Source of the DNA: Caedibacter taeniospiralis
GTDB taxonomy: Bacteria; Pseudomonadota; Gammaproteobacteria; Francisellales; Francisellaceae
NCBI RefSeq assembly: GCF_002803295.2
Contig: NZ_PGGB02000008.1
Coordinates: forward strand, 54,797-86,796
Length of the DNA: 32,000 bases
Direction: 5' to 3'
Every line of letters begins with the position of its first letter. The stretch's first letter is position 1. Below are positions 31,446 through 32,000 of the stretch, one piece after another. The notes under the pieces were generated by a model that saw nothing but the letters and a program-made list of their open reading frames with translations, did no database searches and was not told the DNA's origin. Position numbers and translations under genes: made by a program.

Positions 31446-31519
31446 TGGAGCGGGCGATGGGAATCGAACCCACGCTATCGGCTTGGAAGGCCGAAGTTCT
31501 ACCATTGAACTACGCCCGC
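31446..31519 (-). tRNA. tRNA-Gly (TCC anticodon)
   Basis: Reverse complement GCGGGCGTAGTTCAATGGTAGAACTTCGGCCTTCCAAGCCGATAGCGTGGGTTCGATTCCCATCGCCCGCTCCA. Confidence 0.95.
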
Positions 31520-31531
31520 ATTGGGAAATTG

Positions 31532-31616
31532 TGGTGGAGGGGGCAGGATTCGAACCTGCGAAGGCTGAGCCGTCAGATTTACAGTCTGATCCCTTTGGCC
31601 GCTCGGGAACCCCTCC
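31532..31616 (-). tRNA. tRNA-Tyr (GTA anticodon), with long variable arm
   Basis: Reverse complement GGAGGGGTTCCCGAGCGGCCAAAGGGATCAGACTGTAAATCTGACGGCTCAGCCTTCGCAGGTTCGAATCCTGCCCCCTCCACCA. Confidence 0.95.
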
Positions 31617-31631
31617 AGCGCGCAGGTGACA

Positions 31632-31660
31632 ATCATAGGGCTTTAGTTTTCAAAAATCAA
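31632..31660 (-). promoter_or_regulatory. Sigma-70-type promoter of the tRNA-Tyr/Gly/Thr-tuf transcription unit
   Basis: Minus strand TTGATT - 17 nt - TATGAT, with tRNA-Tyr beginning about 16 nt after the -10 box. Confidence 0.6.
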
Positions 31661-31739
31661 CTTCTTTTCATTGATTTTTTACCTATAATCTTACGCACCA
31701 GATTCCGAAAACATAAGCCGTTAAGGCGGGCAAGTATAT

Positions 31740-31833
31740 ATGAAACCAAACCCCATTTACCAGTGCTTTTTGCTGGCTATTTTACTTTTTACACTCACAG
31801 CAGGGAGGACCGAAATATATCAGTGGCAAGACC
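31740..31833 (+). pseudogene. 5' fragment of a secreted protein with DUF4124-like N-terminus, interrupted by a group II intron end
   Basis: AAGGCGGG-like ribosome-binding site, then ATG giving MKPNPIYQCFLLAILLFTLTAGRTEIYQWQD(R). It has a signal peptide followed by the 'xxYQWQD' pattern typical of DUF4124 starts; the reading frame ends shortly after the intron boundary. Confidence 0.5.
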
Positions 31834-32000
31834 GTAGAGTAGGTCGCTGATTTGATTTTATCTCCACAGAGACCCCTCGTCAAACCGTGCGTAAAGTTTT
31901 CCCTTACACGGCTTTCCGAAAGACTTCTTCCGTCAACTTTACAGCTCATCTAAATATAACCTCCCTTAATTCTTTTATGTTGCACAAATGCCCTACTCAT
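31834..32000 (-). mobile_element. Group II intron, 3' portion (domains V and VI), continuing beyond the window
   Basis: Domain V-like 34-nt hairpin 31882-31915 (AAGCCGTGTAAGGGAAAACTTTACGCACGGTTT), then domain VI-like GAGGGGTCTCTG...CAGCGACCTACTCTAC ending in AC, with a bulged A 7 nt from the end. Confidence 0.75.

Noticed and set aside
31652-31679. AAAAATCAA...TTGATTTTT inverted repeat as a possible terminator
   Set aside because: It is AT-only apart from one C/G pair per arm and thermodynamically weak. Its left arm supplies the TTGATT -35 box of the tRNA-Tyr promoter, so a terminator reading is less likely.
31445-31837. 130-aa plus-strand ORF (MERAMGIEPTLSAWKAEVLPLNYARIGKLWWRGQDSNLRRLSRQIY...)
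   Set aside because: It is the antisense of tRNA-Gly and tRNA-Tyr. 'GIEPTLSAWKAEVLPLNYA' and 'GQDSNLRRLSRQIYSLIPLAAREPLQ' are well-known spurious translations of tRNA genes.

Overview
This window looks like a chromosomal segment from a gammaproteobacterium, possibly Legionellales-like, although taxonomy is inference only. Most of it is conserved housekeeping sequence. From left to right it carries the 5' end of an S49 peptidase (sppA-like), aspS, the tolQRAB-pal-cpoB cluster (minus strand), and a repeat-rich spacer. These are followed by an orphan 480-aa ORF, dacB (PBP4), waaC, an MFS transporter, tdk, a small SLT-domain lipoprotein, and a two-gene restriction-modification cassette. The right half holds mnmE, the rpoC-rpoB-rplL-rplJ-rplA-rplK-nusG-secE block, tRNA-Trp, tuf, and tRNA-Thr/Gly/Tyr. 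The less ordinary observations are: (1) a PD-(D/E)xK-like nuclease overlapping a beta-class DNA methyltransferase between the SLT lipoprotein and mnmE; (2) the 3' end (domains V and VI) of an apparent group II intron at the right edge, inserted antisense into a short signal-peptide/DUF4124-like gene; (3) a dacB gene whose signal peptide lies in a different frame from the mature enzyme; (4) an orphan, effector-like ORF; (5) a ~173-bp near-palindromic MITE-like element and a separate 29-bp perfect REP-like hairpin upstream of tolQ; (6) a 13-bp perfect hairpin between rplL and rpoB. I found no convincing wholly new multi-gene system. The R-M cassette and the orphan ORF are the best candidates for follow-up.
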